NCBI GenBank assembly: GCA_051252375.1
Contig: JBPOFY010000004.1
Span: 256,001-320,000 of the forward strand
Direction: 5' to 3'
DNA length: 64,000 nt
Origin: Opitutaceae bacterium
GTDB taxonomy: Bacteria > Verrucomicrobiota > Verrucomicrobiia > Opitutales > Coraliomargaritaceae
The translations under genes and the position numbers were made by a program. The notes beneath the pieces were generated by a model. It searched no databases, had not been told where the DNA came from, and saw nothing but the letters and a program-made list of their open reading frames with translations. Positions 1-11,775 of this stretch are shown piece by piece. The stretch's first letter is position 1. Each line of letters begins with the position of its first letter.

Positions 1-500
1 CCGGCAAGAATCCACTGTTTTTCTGAGTGCGCTCTCCTCAATGCGGCAAAAGATGCCCAATCCCCTGTGTGCCCGGTGCCGCCTACTTGCTGACTAGAAT
101 ACGTATCGAGCAAAATCGTGTCTGCGTAAGAAAGGAAACGCTCGGGAAGCGACTGCTCAGGTTTCAAGCGAGGCGCCAACCACAGTTGACTTGAACCAAC
201 GACAGCCGCCCATTCGCGAAGCTGAGCTTCTGAAACTTCCGCCTCAGTATGTATTTGAAAGAAATCAAACCCCGCGGCTTTATACTCAGAGAGCCTTTCG
301 GGCGTGGGTGAGACATCGACGGCAACACGGCGCCCTTGAGGCGCGCGTTGAGCCAATTCCATTGCCCGCGGCAGCGATTGCCCCCTCGGAGAAGGCGCAT
401 ATAAGATGAATCCGAAGAGATCGGCACCCAATCCAAGCGCCAAATCGACATCTTGCTCGCGAGTTAACCCGCAGACTTTAACTGTAATCTCGCTCGGCAT
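1..500 (-). CDS. trpF: Phosphoribosylanthranilate isomerase (3' end runs off the window)
   Basis: Not in the ORF track. Manual minus-strand translation from ATG at 500: MPSEITVKVCGLTREQDV...GFILYAPSPR...FQIH...LLDTY...GGTGHTGDW...WILAG, showing the TrpF motifs KVCGLT, SPR, QxH, GGTG and LAG. Confidence 0.93.
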   Translation of the reverse strand, partial: MPSEITVKVCGLTREQDVDLALGLGADLFGFILYAPSPRGQSLPRAMELAQRAPQGRRVAVDVSPTPERLSEYKAAGFDFFQIHTEAEVSEAQLREWAAVVGSSQLWLAPRLKPEQSLPERFLSYADTILLDTYSSQQVGGTGHTGDWASFAALRRAHSEKQWILA

Positions 501-751
501 CCAACCACTCTCGGCGTTCAAAAGACTCTGGCAAAACTAAAAGCACAACCACAGTCCTAAATGAGAACCCTTTTCCACAAAATGACGCTGCCCAAACCAG
601 TCATCAACTGTCCAACACTAAATTTTAACTAATTATTGCTATAACTTGTAATGAAACTCATATTGCTTACGTTATATGTAAGTTAGATGATCCTATTATC
701 ATTTAATGACACATAACGACACACTACTAAACTACTCTATCCCAAAACATT

Positions 752-1243
<492 letters not shown>

Positions 1244-1266
1244 TCGACCCAAACAATTCAATCTCC

Positions 1267-1296
1267 AAGGCGCAGCTTACAAGCTGCGCCTTTTTT
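1267..1296 (+). terminator. Intrinsic terminator
   Basis: aaggcgcagctt-ac-aagctgcgcc followed by tttttt, between convergent genes. Confidence 0.85.
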
Positions 1297-1318
1297 GTGC
1301 ACTATAGACTTACGTGTT

Positions 1319-3898
1319 TCAGCCTTCAGGTCCCACCACCATGCGCACACCACGTTCTGCGGCAAAATACTCCCGCGCAAATGCTGCCAAATCCTCAGCA
1401 CCGATCGCATCCAGCTTAGCCGCATGTTCAGCATCGTCATCCACTGGCAGTCCGTACGTCAATTGTATGGCTGCATGCATCGCACGGGCGCCAATAGTTT
1501 GTCGCCCCATCGGACGCGCCGCCTTCAAACGTGTCCGACAACGTGCCAGCTCATCTTCCAAAATATCGCCCGCCATGACTCTGGCGATTTCGCCATTGAT
1601 TTCCTTAACCACTTCCTGAGCCTGACTCGGGTGCGTTCCAGCGTAAAAGACAAACATGCCGGACTGTAAGCCGATCACTCGACTCGAGCCAACATAGTAG
1701 GCCATTCCCTTATCCTCCCGCACGCGCTCAAAGAGCCGACTGGACATACCGCTGAACAGCTCATTCAAGACTTCACTCACCACATAGTCTTCATGCTGGA
1801 TCCCGACATCTGGAAACGCATGCAACACCACCGCCTGCTCACGCTCCATTGGCTCATGGATCTCCAATGCCTGAGCCGGACCTTGAAAAGGTTCCACCTC
1901 ACTCAAAACGAATGCACGCCTCGACAGCTTTTCTTCAAAAAATGGCGTCAGTCCCGCGATCAATTCATCTCGGTCAAAATCACCACAGACAGAAATCACT
2001 GTATTCTGCGCGGTAATCAACTGCTCAAAGTGCGCTTGCACATCGTCTCGCGTCAGGGCTTCTAGATCTTCCACTCGCCCGTCCGAACCGACCGCGAAAG
2101 GATGCGAACCAAAGAAGCGCTCACGAAGTTTTCGAAAGCCATAATCCAATATCTCGTCATCTTCCTCCAGCAAGCCAGCGACCTGAGCTTCCCGCTCAGT
2201 CTCGAAAGTATCCTGCTCAAATAAAGGGCAGGCAAACGCATCAGCCAGCAGCTCAAGCGCCACAGATAAATCCGTGGGCAATACTTCGATCGAGAAACTG
2301 ACCGTGTTATTGCCACCTGTGCCGCTAAAACGTCCACCAATCCCTTCGATCAAAGTAGAAATTTGCTGCGCACTACGCTTGGTCGTATCTTTGGTCAGTA
2401 GCTCCGCCAAAAGTGCCGAGATCCCTCGTTGCCCGGCAGGCTCATAAAGCGGTCCACCCTGACAAACACATCTAAAATGAACCTTTGGTAAACGCTTGTC
2501 TCGTTGAAGTAATAGGCGCGCACCTCCCTTAAATTCAACTAACTCAAAAGGATCTAACGACAATCGCTCAGCGAGCACCGCCTCCGCCTCAGAGTCTGCT
2601 TTCGGCCCCAAAGTCACTGTAGACATCGTCTCTTCGACTAAATACGTCCGCGCCACGGACTGCAGATCACTCGCCACGACCGACTGCAATCGCTTCAAAT
2701 AACGACGTCCGTAAGCAATGTCACCAATCACAACTTCACCTAAACCAAGTCGTGAGGCCTGACCACTCATCGTCTTTCGACCATTGATTTCAGCACTCAG
2801 CGCTTGTCGGCGCGCCTTCTCCACCACGTCCTCGCTGAAGCCCTGCTCAATCACGTCGCGGATCACCTCACGAATCGCGGCTTCGACCTTGGGTTGCATT
2901 TCTGGATCGCACACATACGAGATCCAAAAGAGCCCTTGGTCTCCGGGGTTCCAATTACGGCAATCGATATAGTGCACCAACTTCGCTTTATTACGTAAGC
3001 GCTCCCATAAAACTGAGCTCTCGCCGCCGCCAAGCGCGTGCGCTAGCGCATCCAACCGCGGCGAATCTAGGTGACTCAAATGCGGCACTTTAAAGCCTAA
3101 ACCTCCTCGAAAAATATTATAATCACCAACGATATCCTCGCGCCGAGCCGAAAGCTGCAAAGGTTCCGCCTCAATCTGCACCGGCGCTAAACGACCACGC
3201 GGGACCACTCCAAAACCAGCTTCAACCGCCTGCAAACATGTCGCAGGGTCCACCGCACCCACAATCGAAACCACCATATTGTTCGGCACATAGCGCGCTT
3301 GATAGTAAGCGCGTAATTCATCGCCCGTAACCTGCTCATAGAGCGACCGATGCCCAATCACCGGTTCACGATAAGGGTGCTGCTGGAACGCAGTGCGGAA
3401 TAATGCCTGACTCAATTGACGATCCGGATCATCAAGCCCCATATCAATTTCGCGCAGGATGACATCGCGCTCTTTCAAAACTTCCTCTTCCGGTAAAGTC
3501 GAGTGCAGCACAATGTCAGAAAGCACGTCCACCACCTGGGCAAAAGCAGACGACGGAGCATCGATATAATACACCGTGCGGTCAAAGGTGGTATAGGCAT
3601 TAATCCCTCCGCCGATGCTATGCACTTCGCGACTGATTGCTTTCCCATCGCGTCGAGCCGTGCCCTTAAAAAGCATGTGCTCCAAAAAGTGAGAAAGACC
3701 CGATCCTATCAATTGATCTTCGTGTATACTGCCCGTCTTCACCCAAACCTGCACCGAAACCACTTCGCTCGAAAAGTCAGGACGATGCACCAATGTTAGA
3801 CCATTGCTCAACACATGGCGCTCCACCGGTGCTTTAAATAAGCTATCGATCAAATCGTTCGAGGCCTTGGCTGATAAATGCGGCGTAGTTGTCTCCAT
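1319..3898 (-). CDS. M16 (pitrilysin/insulinase) family zinc peptidase
   Basis: HxxEH motif (HFLEH), NAYT motif, duplicated two-half architecture. Confidence 0.92.
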   Translation of the reverse strand: METTTPHLSAKASNDLIDSLFKAPVERHVLSNGLTLVHRPDFSSEVVSVQVWVKTGSIHEDQLIGSGLSHFLEHMLFKGTARRDGKAISREVHSIGGGINAYTTFDRTVYYIDAPSSAFAQVVDVLSDIVLHSTLPEEEVLKERDVILREIDMGLDDPDRQLSQALFRTAFQQHPYREPVIGHRSLYEQVTGDELRAYYQARYVPNNMVVSIVGAVDPATCLQAVEAGFGVVPRGRLAPVQIEAEPLQLSARREDIVGDYNIFRGGLGFKVPHLSHLDSPRLDALAHALGGGESSVLWERLRNKAKLVHYIDCRNWNPGDQGLFWISYVCDPEMQPKVEAAIREVIRDVIEQGFSEDVVEKARRQALSAEINGRKTMSGQASRLGLGEVVIGDIAYGRRYLKRLQSVVASDLQSVARTYLVEETMSTVTLGPKADSEAEAVLAERLSLDPFELVEFKGGARLLLQRDKRLPKVHFRCVCQGGPLYEPAGQRGISALLAELLTKDTTKRSAQQISTLIEGIGGRFSGTGGNNTVSFSIEVLPTDLSVALELLADAFACPLFEQDTFETEREAQVAGLLEEDDEILDYGFRKLRERFFGSHPFAVGSDGRVEDLEALTRDDVQAHFEQLITAQNTVISVCGDFDRDELIAGLTPFFEEKLSRRAFVLSEVEPFQGPAQALEIHEPMEREQAVVLHAFPDVGIQHEDYVVSEVLNELFSGMSSRLFERVREDKGMAYYVGSSRVIGLQSGMFVFYAGTHPSQAQEVVKEINGEIARVMAGDILEDELARCRTRLKAARPMGRQTIGARAMHAAIQLTYGLPVDDDAEHAAKLDAIGAEDLAAFAREYFAAERGVRMVVGPEG

Positions 3899-4184
3899 AA
3901 GTGCTGCCCACTATCTCGGCTAAAGTATAAATTTCCACCTTTAGTTTACCAAATTTGAGCAACCCTCATTTATACTTCTGCCAAATAACCAGATACGTGC
4001 TTGCCCTACACAGCCAAAAACTACTAGGGTCTTGTCCCTAAAATCCACCTATCAGAATGTTATAAATTTGTTTAACTAACAGATATACAAGTAGATCGAC
4101 TATCTGATCATTGTCATATCGACATAACCTAAACACATTTACCTCACATTTTATCGCAGGCAACTTCCTGTCAGAACGATACCC

Positions 4185-4784
4185 ATGTCCCGAAAAGACC
4201 TACCACCTCCACCGCCGCCAAACAGGCAGCCGAAGCGACGTCTCAGTCTAAAGACTGCGATCGCAGCCGCTTCGCGCACTAACAGCACGATCGTCAAACC
4301 ATTGATGAATCCCCTCGGAGAGTTTCCTGAAATTAAGACAGGCAAACAACAGGAGATGGAGGCCAACCTCCTAGAGTTGCAGGCTGACATCATTATTCGC
4401 GAAGGCTTGCTCAGTGACAAAGAAAGACTGCTGCAAAGCCATGAACTGGAACTCAACGAAAAAGAGGCACTACTTGAAGCACATCGAAAAGTCATCGATA
4501 TACACGCCGCTCCAAATGAATCCGCGAGCCAAACAAATAGTGCGATCAGTACAGAAGAGCGCGAAGCCTTCGACGCCCTCAAGCGAGAACTGAACAATCA
4601 AGAACAGTCGCTCAAAAACGCACGCAAGATGTTGCATGAGCGAGAAGACTTCATCGAACAGTGCGAAAATGAACTCGTTGAAAAGTCGATGCTACTCACC
4701 GAACGCGAAGCACGTATCGAACAAAGAGAAGAAGACCACGAAGCGAAGAAGTTTGCCGATGCCAATGCCGCTAAGGCCAGTTAA
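4185..4784 (+). CDS. Hypothetical coiled-coil protein
   Basis: 199 aa, E/R/L-rich heptad pattern; stop codon overlaps the convergent gene's stop (TTAA). Confidence 0.7.
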   Translation: MSRKDLPPPPPPNRQPKRRLSLKTAIAAASRTNSTIVKPLMNPLGEFPEIKTGKQQEMEANLLELQADIIIREGLLSDKERLLQSHELELNEKEALLEAHRKVIDIHAAPNESASQTNSAISTEEREAFDALKRELNNQEQSLKNARKMLHEREDFIEQCENELVEKSMLLTEREARIEQREEDHEAKKFADANAAKAS

Positions 4785-5242
4785 CGCAGCGGTGGTCGCT
4801 TAATCGTCGGTTTCACCTCAGGGTGAAACGGCACATCAAAGGCATCTTTAAAGTTATAGCCTTTGTTGAAATCTTCCGGGCTATCTTGGTCGGTCTTCCC
4901 TAATACGCGGCATTCGACCAAGTTAAACACGATGTTGCCAAAATCTCGGCACTTCTTGATTCCCCAATGCTCCAACACTGCACGAGCCATGGGTCCATAT
5001 TGATCGATCGCGTAGAGGCGGATCCCCTCAAGAAGTTGCTGCCCGCTTAAGTGATTATTCTTATCCAACTCGCCCTGCTTATGCATCTCTTTCAAACTGA
5101 AATCCAAAGCCTGCCGTAAAAAGTAATAAGCACCACGCGCATAACGCTCGTCCTCTTTACGGATCGTGCGGATCACTTCGTTGAAATCTCTGTTCGGGTC
5201 GTTCACTCCTGCCAATAGAATCTCTATCACGGAGCGCGTCAA
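4781..5242 (-). CDS. Minf_1886-family (Verrucomicrobia/Planctomycetes-restricted) protein; start uncertain
   Basis: RY..GAYYFLRQAL, HLSGQQLLEG, YGPMA..VLEHWGI..CRDFGNIVFNLVE, DSPEDF. Confidence 0.85.
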   Translation of the reverse strand: MTRSVIEILLAGVNDPNRDFNEVIRTIRKEDERYARGAYYFLRQALDFSLKEMHKQGELDKNNHLSGQQLLEGIRLYAIDQYGPMARAVLEHWGIKKCRDFGNIVFNLVECRVLGKTDQDSPEDFNKGYNFKDAFDVPFHPEVKPTIKRPPLR

Positions 5243-5359
5243 TCTTCCGACTAGAGATTTTAAAGACTTATGTCATCTAGCCACCTGACATAATTAAAAA
5301 ACTGGCGCGACATTCGCTTCATTGACCATACTAATAAAAAACCAGTCACCACACAAAAT

Positions 5360-5905
5360 ATGAGCACACCGACCGAACCCGAACAAAACAGCCCAGCCCC
5401 GGAAACGAGCAATTGGCCCGCGCTGCTACGCGGCTCGGTTCTCAGCAGTGCACAGTCCAAGCATGTGCAATACATCTCCCTCGCGGATCGGCGGGCACAG
5501 GTCATCATTACCATCAATGCCTTTCTCATCCCACTAACACTTTCGGGCTACAACAAACCAGAGATCCGCATCGGGATTATACTCTTCATCCTCGCGGCGG
5601 CATTGAGTATCTTTTTTGCCATCATCAGCCTCATGCCGAAACGCTACCAGCCGGACGCAACCGGTAAACGCAACTTACTTCATTTCTCAGGTATCTGGCA
5701 GTATGACGAAGAAACCTACAAAACGCTAATGAAGGAATCGCTCGAAAGTCGCAACACCATCACCGAGCTGATGGTATCGGACATCTACCATTTAAGTAAC
5801 GATGTGCTACGACCAAAATTCCGATGGATACGGCTCAGTTTTTACGCGTTTTTGATCGGGCTATCTTGCGCCCTACTCTTCATCGTCGGGCCACTGGTGG
5901 CCTAG
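5360..5905 (+). CDS. Pycsar effector-like (DUF5706/PycTM-type) membrane protein
   Basis: H.QYISLADRRAQVIITIN, TM segments, P+R motif, LLHFSGI...Y, DIY.L..VLRPKFRWIRLSF...F..G. Confidence 0.75.
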   Translation: MSTPTEPEQNSPAPETSNWPALLRGSVLSSAQSKHVQYISLADRRAQVIITINAFLIPLTLSGYNKPEIRIGIILFILAAALSIFFAIISLMPKRYQPDATGKRNLLHFSGIWQYDEETYKTLMKESLESRNTITELMVSDIYHLSNDVLRPKFRWIRLSFYAFLIGLSCALLFIVGPLVA

Positions 5906-5908
5906 GCA

Positions 5909-7402
5909 TTATGCCTTCCAAGCCACAAACGCAGCTTGTCGCACCGCAACTGCTTCGCGATAGACATCTTCATAAAGACTCGCAGAAGCGTCCCACTTAA
6001 AGCTTTGGCTCATCGCGCGCTTGCGCAACTTAGCCATATCATCGGGACGGTCGTAATAAGTCGAACACGCCCAACCCATAGTATAATAGAGCGCATCGGG
6101 GGTAGCAAAATCGAAGATGAATCCAGTGCCGCTATGGCGCTTCTCGGAATACTGCTCAACCGTATCGATCAGGCCACCCGTGGCTCGAACGATCGGCAAG
6201 GTGCCGTATTTCATCGCATACAGTTGCCCCAGTCCACAGGGCTCGAAACGGCTCGGCATAACAAAGAAGTCAGCTCCTGCCGTGGTCAAATGTGCCAGCT
6301 CATTACTGAAACGAAGCTGGGCACCGAAACGCCCGGGATAGCGATTCGCCAATTCGCTAAAGTCATGCTCCAATGAGGGTTCACCCGTCCCGAGGACTGC
6401 AACTTGTATGTGCATCTCAGCCATCAAGCGGTCACCAATCGAAGCCAACAGATCGAGCCCTTTCTGATTCGCCAGCCTCGAAACCACACCAAATACAGGC
6501 ACTGCCGGATTCACTTCCAAGCCATAGGCCGCTTGCAAAGCAGCTTTACAAGTCGCCTTACCTCCGAGCTTACGAACAGTGAACTTCTCTGGAATCAGCG
6601 TATCCACCTTTGGGTCCCACTCTGTTTCGTCGATGCCATTCACTACACCGACCAAGTCCTTACAGCGCTGCGAAAGTAAATGATGCAATCCACCGCCACC
6701 ATCAGACGTCTGTATTTCTTTCGCATAGGTCGGGCTGACAGTGGTGATCTTCGTCGAGTGGTAGATCCCACCCTTCAACATATTGGCCTCACCCATCGAC
6801 TCCAATCCATCCGGTCGAAAAACGGAATCCGGCAAACCGGCATAACCGACTAAATTCCGATGAAACCAACCTTGGTGCTCCATGTTATGTAACGTCATAA
6901 CAGAAGCCGCCCGGCCCATGGGTTTATTCAACTCCGTGGTGTTTAAATATATCGGCGTCAACCCGGTGGACCAGTCATGGCAATGCACCACATCGGGTAT
7001 CCAATCCAAATACTCGCAAAGATCGATCGCCGCACGACTAAGAAAAGCAAACCGCTGCGCATTATCATCCTGATTGCCAGAAGGACCGGTATAAACAGAC
7101 GTCGCACCATAAAACTGGTTATGCTCCAATAAATAAAGTTTCGCAGTCGATCCTGGGAGTTCAGTTCTCCAGACTCGCGCATAAGCTTCATGCCCACCCA
7201 TTTGAACAATTAGCGGTTGAGCATCTGGCGTCGCCGAATCGACTTGTTGTAATCCAGAGTATTTCGGCATCACGATACGCACATCGTGCCCACTCTCAAC
7301 CAGCGCTTTCGAAAGTGCTCCGACCACATCGGCCAAACCACCCACCTTGACAATTGGTGTCACCTCGGGAGCCACCATTAGTATTTTCATTTTACGAGCC
7401 AT
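5909..7402 (-). CDS. glgA: Glycogen synthase
   Basis: KVGGLADV, HCHDW, PSRFEPCGLGQL, TGGLIDTV. Confidence 0.95.
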   Translation of the reverse strand: MARKMKILMVAPEVTPIVKVGGLADVVGALSKALVESGHDVRIVMPKYSGLQQVDSATPDAQPLIVQMGGHEAYARVWRTELPGSTAKLYLLEHNQFYGATSVYTGPSGNQDDNAQRFAFLSRAAIDLCEYLDWIPDVVHCHDWSTGLTPIYLNTTELNKPMGRAASVMTLHNMEHQGWFHRNLVGYAGLPDSVFRPDGLESMGEANMLKGGIYHSTKITTVSPTYAKEIQTSDGGGGLHHLLSQRCKDLVGVVNGIDETEWDPKVDTLIPEKFTVRKLGGKATCKAALQAAYGLEVNPAVPVFGVVSRLANQKGLDLLASIGDRLMAEMHIQVAVLGTGEPSLEHDFSELANRYPGRFGAQLRFSNELAHLTTAGADFFVMPSRFEPCGLGQLYAMKYGTLPIVRATGGLIDTVEQYSEKRHSGTGFIFDFATPDALYYTMGWACSTYYDRPDDMAKLRKRAMSQSFKWDASASLYEDVYREAVAVRQAAFVAWKA

Positions 7403-8454
7403 CACTCTTCGGTCGGCGTCGAGCCTTCTTCAATCAAATCGTCATCAAACTCCTTGAGCTTGTAATTAAAAATCGGCAGCAAGGCAATCAACCCAACGCA
7501 AGTGAAACCGAGGATCGAAAAGCCTGTCACGTCGTGAACACTCCCAATATCTCCAATTAGCGGCAAAACCCAATGCTCATCGATCGCTTGCGAACCATTA
7601 TGATACGCCCACAAAGTGAGGAAGATACTACGCATGAGATTAGTCATCACCGCAAAAATCATAGCCGCACCGACCAACATAACTTTCTTCCAGAATCGAT
7701 CCAAGAAAACCGAGGCCAAAAAAGACCCGGCAAATAAACAAGCCGTGAGCGAACGGATTCCCGAACAAGCTTCTTCAACGCCCACCTGTCCATCCGGCAA
7801 AAGCAGAACATTGCCTTCGCGCTCCAACTCATAACCCAAAATATCAAATAGATTAAACACTACGACCGTCACTTTAGTCAGCAAAAAGACCTTAATGTTC
7901 TTCTCCACTACCGTGACCAATGGCGCTGAAAGGAGCCAAATCAAGAGAGGGAAAAGAAATAGCCCAACAAGTAACAACCGCTGCTTCAAAGGCATCGGGC
8001 GACCGTCGGCGGACTCTTTGGAAAAAATGAAAATAGTGCAGAGCCCGATACCAGCAAAACCCGCGGCAATCGCCAAAGAGGCCGGGTTCTGGGGACCCGA
8101 AACAGACCGAAGCAAAGCGCCTATAGAATATAGCCCGGCAGCTCCAACAAAGCCCGCCAACGCAATCCATTCGCAAAACGTACTCGCGCGCCCGTTCAAA
8201 TTGACGCCAGCAGGTACTGTCTCATCCGGGGCATGACCAACAAATAAGTAGCTACGGATGGTCGACCAGCGATCATAGATTACATATGCCGCAAACAGCG
8301 GCACCAAATAACCAAAACTATAATCCTCACGCTCTCCCCACCAATAAAACTGGTCCCACACCATAAACAGCGCAAAACCCAGCAACATAAAAGAAGCGGC
8401 GATCTGAATACGCGGTAATTGTTTAAAAGTAGGATGCTGGACAGTATCACTCAC
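7402..8454 (-). CDS. Exosortase/archaeosortase family transpeptidase (probable GTG start at 8454)
   Basis: YSFGYLVP, EACSGIRSL (catalytic Cys), NLMR (Arg), HD (His), multiple TM helices; the ORF-track extension crosses a tRNA and is spurious. Confidence 0.85.
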   Translation of the reverse strand: MSDTVQHPTFKQLPRIQIAASFMLLGFALFMVWDQFYWWGEREDYSFGYLVPLFAAYVIYDRWSTIRSYLFVGHAPDETVPAGVNLNGRASTFCEWIALAGFVGAAGLYSIGALLRSVSGPQNPASLAIAAGFAGIGLCTIFIFSKESADGRPMPLKQRLLLVGLFLFPLLIWLLSAPLVTVVEKNIKVFLLTKVTVVVFNLFDILGYELEREGNVLLLPDGQVGVEEACSGIRSLTACLFAGSFLASVFLDRFWKKVMLVGAAMIFAVMTNLMRSIFLTLWAYHNGSQAIDEHWVLPLIGDIGSVHDVTGFSILGFTCVGLIALLPIFNYKLKEFDDDLIEEGSTPTEE

Positions 8455-8623
8455 TGTATCGAAGGGGAAGCTGGATGAAGGAAGCAGGACGAAAGCCGCA
8501 GGTTTGAGAGTCACCCCACGAAAAGCAATCCAGAAAAGAATCCCCATCGGGGCAGATTGCAAGCGCCACCAGAAAACTTCGATTTCTATTGACCTCTGGT
8601 TATGGACACATTTGCTCATCGGC

Positions 8624-8882
<259 letters not shown>

Positions 8883-8932
8883 AATCTAGCCGCAACGCGG
8901 ATTAATTTTGCCGAAGCGTAGCTGTTAACCAT

Positions 8933-11551
8933 TCACTCAACCAGCTCATCCGTATCCGCCACCTCCATCTCGAGCTGATCGTCTGCGATCTTAAAGAGCA
9001 CCGTGCTTTGCTCTAGGATCTCGCCACTGAGTAGTGCACGTGCGAGACGAGTCTCGATTTGCTTCTGAAGGAAGCGCTTGAGTGGTCGCGCGCCATAAAC
9101 TGGGTCGTAACCTTTCTCGCCGATCCAGGTGCGGGCAGTGTCGTCGAATTCAATATTGATGCGGCGATCCGCCAAGCGCTTGTTCAAATCAGCAAGTAGC
9201 AAGTCGACGATAAGCGTGATCTCTTCAAGGTTCAGTGGTTTAAAGAGGATAACGTCGTCGATACGATTCAGGAACTCAGGGCGGAAGCCTTGGCGTAACT
9301 CTGCCATGACAGACTCGCGAATGCTTTCTGGAATTTCTGTGCCGGTAACACCTTCGGTCAGGTAACGGCTACCCACATTTGAAGTCATGATCACTACCGT
9401 ATTTTTAAAATCAACCGTGTGACCTTGAGCGTCAGTGATGCGACCATCGTCGAGCACTTGCAAGAGCACGTTGAACACATCGGGGTGCGCCTTCTCGATT
9501 TCGTCAAAGAGGACAACACTGTAAGGCTTGCGGCGCACAGCCTCGGTGAGTTGACCGCCCTCATCGTAACCGACATAGCCGGGAGGCGCGCCGATCAATC
9601 GGGCTACGGCGTGCTTTTCCATATATTCCGACATGTCGATACGCACGATGTTATCTTCTGCATCGAAGAGAGTTGCAGCCAAGGTGCGGGCTAGCTCCGT
9701 CTTCCCCACCCCAGTAGGACCGAGGAAAAGAAAACTGCCGATCGGACGGCGTGGGTCTTTAATACCTGCACGTGCACGAAGGATGGCTTCGGAAACAAGC
9801 GTCACTGCCTCGTCTTGACCGATCACCCTTTCGTGCAGTACTTCTTCGAGGCGAAGGAGTTTTTCCTTTTCACCTTCGACGAGGCGACGGACGGGCACTC
9901 CGGTCCATTTAGAAACGATGTCGGCAATTTCTTCTTGGGAAACTTCCTCTTTCAACAGTGCGCCTTCCTTCGCGTCAACTGCTTCGAGTTCTTTCAGTCG
10001 TTGTTCCAGTTCAGGCATTTTGCCATGACGAAGCTGAGCGACTGCATTCAAATCATAATTTCGCTCCGCCCTTTCCATTTCAATACGGGTGGCGTCAAGT
10101 TCTTCACGAACCGCTCGAATTTGATCAATCGCAGCTTTCTCGGAATCCCACTTAGCTCGCAAGGCCGATTCCTTTTCGCGAATATCAGCCAGCTCCTTCG
10201 ACAATGTTTTCAAACGATCTTTCGAAGCTTCGTCTTTTTCGTTTTTAAGTGCGGCTTCTTCAATTTCAAGTTGCAGCGCGCGACGCGTCAAAGCATCCAG
10301 CTCTTGCGGCATAGAATCCATATCGGTGCGGATCATCGCACAGGCCTCATCGACGAGGTCGATCGCTTTATCGGGGAGAAAGCGATCAGTGATGTATCGC
10401 TGCGATAAAACAGCGGCTTGCACTAAAGCGTTGTCTTGAATGCGCACTCCATGATGCAGCTCAAAGCGCTCACGAATGCCACGCAGAATAGAGATGGTGT
10501 CTTCCACATTGGGTTGGTCCACCAGCACCGTTTGAAAGCGACGTTCAAGAGCCGCGTCTTTCTCGATATGCTTGCGATATTCATCGAGTGTGGTGGCACC
10601 CACGCAGTGGAGTTCGCCACGTGCGAGCATGGGCTTGAGCATGTTACCTGCATCCATCGCACCTTCGCTTTTACCAGCACCTACGATAGTGTGGAGCTCG
10701 TCAATAAAGAGTAGAATGCGTCCTTCGCTGGATTTAACTTCTGCAAGGACCGCTTTGAGACGCTCTTCAAACTCACCACGATATTTGGCACCTGCTACAA
10801 GCGAAGCCATATCGAGCGAGAAAATCGTTTTATCTTTCAAGCCTTCCGGCACGTCGCCACGCACAATTCGTTGAGCCAGTCCTTCGACGATGGCGGTCTT
10901 ACCGACACCAGGCTCACCTATAAGCACAGGATTGTTTTTAGTCTTCCGAGATAGGATTCGAATGACACGCCGGATCTCATCGTCGCGCCCAATGACTGGA
11001 TCCATTTTGCCCTTGCGAGCCATTTGGACTAGGTCGACTCCATACTTTTCCAGTGCCTCAAAAGTAGCTTCAGGATTACGGCTAGTCACTTTTTGCGAGC
11101 CGCGAACCGACTTCAAAGTCTCCAACACTTTATCATAATCGAGTTCAAACTGCTTCAGCAATTGCCCCAGTTTACTCGATGCCTCGGTTTTTAATAGCCC
11201 AAGAAATAAATGCTCGGTGCTGACAAAATCGTCTTTCAACGCAGCCTTTTCCTTATCCGCAACCGTCAGCGCTTTTTGTAAAGCCGTCGAAATGTAGACC
11301 TGACTCGCATTAACGCTACCGCTCGCCTTCGGCAATTTTTCGAGCTCACGTTGCACAGCTAGAAGTAACGCTGAAGGCGTGATTTGCAGACGCTCCAAAA
11401 GACCTGGAACAATACCATCCTCTTGCTCGACCAGTGCGAGCAGTAGATGCCAAACATCAATCTCCTGCTGACCATGCCCGCGCGCATGATTTTGAGCGGC
11501 TTGCACAGCCAGAGCTGACTTCTCGGTAAAGGTGTTAAAATCTATATTCAT
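8933..11551 (-). CDS. clpB: ATP-dependent chaperone ClpB
   Basis: Two AAA+ modules ([16 protein letters not shown]), middle coiled-coil domain, GARPLKR. Confidence 0.97.
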   Translation of the reverse strand: MNIDFNTFTEKSALAVQAAQNHARGHGQQEIDVWHLLLALVEQEDGIVPGLLERLQITPSALLLAVQRELEKLPKASGSVNASQVYISTALQKALTVADKEKAALKDDFVSTEHLFLGLLKTEASSKLGQLLKQFELDYDKVLETLKSVRGSQKVTSRNPEATFEALEKYGVDLVQMARKGKMDPVIGRDDEIRRVIRILSRKTKNNPVLIGEPGVGKTAIVEGLAQRIVRGDVPEGLKDKTIFSLDMASLVAGAKYRGEFEERLKAVLAEVKSSEGRILLFIDELHTIVGAGKSEGAMDAGNMLKPMLARGELHCVGATTLDEYRKHIEKDAALERRFQTVLVDQPNVEDTISILRGIRERFELHHGVRIQDNALVQAAVLSQRYITDRFLPDKAIDLVDEACAMIRTDMDSMPQELDALTRRALQLEIEEAALKNEKDEASKDRLKTLSKELADIREKESALRAKWDSEKAAIDQIRAVREELDATRIEMERAERNYDLNAVAQLRHGKMPELEQRLKELEAVDAKEGALLKEEVSQEEIADIVSKWTGVPVRRLVEGEKEKLLRLEEVLHERVIGQDEAVTLVSEAILRARAGIKDPRRPIGSFLFLGPTGVGKTELARTLAATLFDAEDNIVRIDMSEYMEKHAVARLIGAPPGYVGYDEGGQLTEAVRRKPYSVVLFDEIEKAHPDVFNVLLQVLDDGRITDAQGHTVDFKNTVVIMTSNVGSRYLTEGVTGTEIPESIRESVMAELRQGFRPEFLNRIDDVILFKPLNLEEITLIVDLLLADLNKRLADRRINIEFDDTARTWIGEKGYDPVYGARPLKRFLQKQIETRLARALLSGEILEQSTVLFKIADDQLEMEVADTDELVE

Positions 11552-11562
11552 ACAACCTCTCT

Positions 11563-11578
11563 TGCATTTGCCGTTCCA
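11563..11578 (-). promoter_or_regulatory. Putative sigma-54 promoter of clpB
   Basis: Minus strand TGGAACGGCAAATGCA, with GG-N10-GC spacing. Confidence 0.6.
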
Positions 11579-11775
11579 CCCCTAATACCTCATGCAGCGC
11601 GCAACAAATCTGACGCAAATCGCTCAACTACAATTACTAATGAATAGATGGGCGCCAAAGCGGATACAACTAGTCTGCTCCAAAACGACTCAACATGGGC
11701 ACAAGTGAGACAAAGTGTCGCTTTCCCGTGAAATCCATCTCGACAATCACCCAACGACCAATACGCTCCGCATCG

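Noticed and set aside
164..451. ORF-track entries 164..451 (-) and 191..409 (+)
   Set aside because: Both overlap the real trpF reading frame (1-500, minus strand)
4185..5905. Complete Pycsar or other multi-gene defence system
   Set aside because: No cyclase motifs in neighbouring genes; the flanks look like core genes
11552..11775. CIRCE (HrcA) operator upstream of clpB
   Set aside because: No TTAGCACTC-N9-GAGTGCTAA match seen
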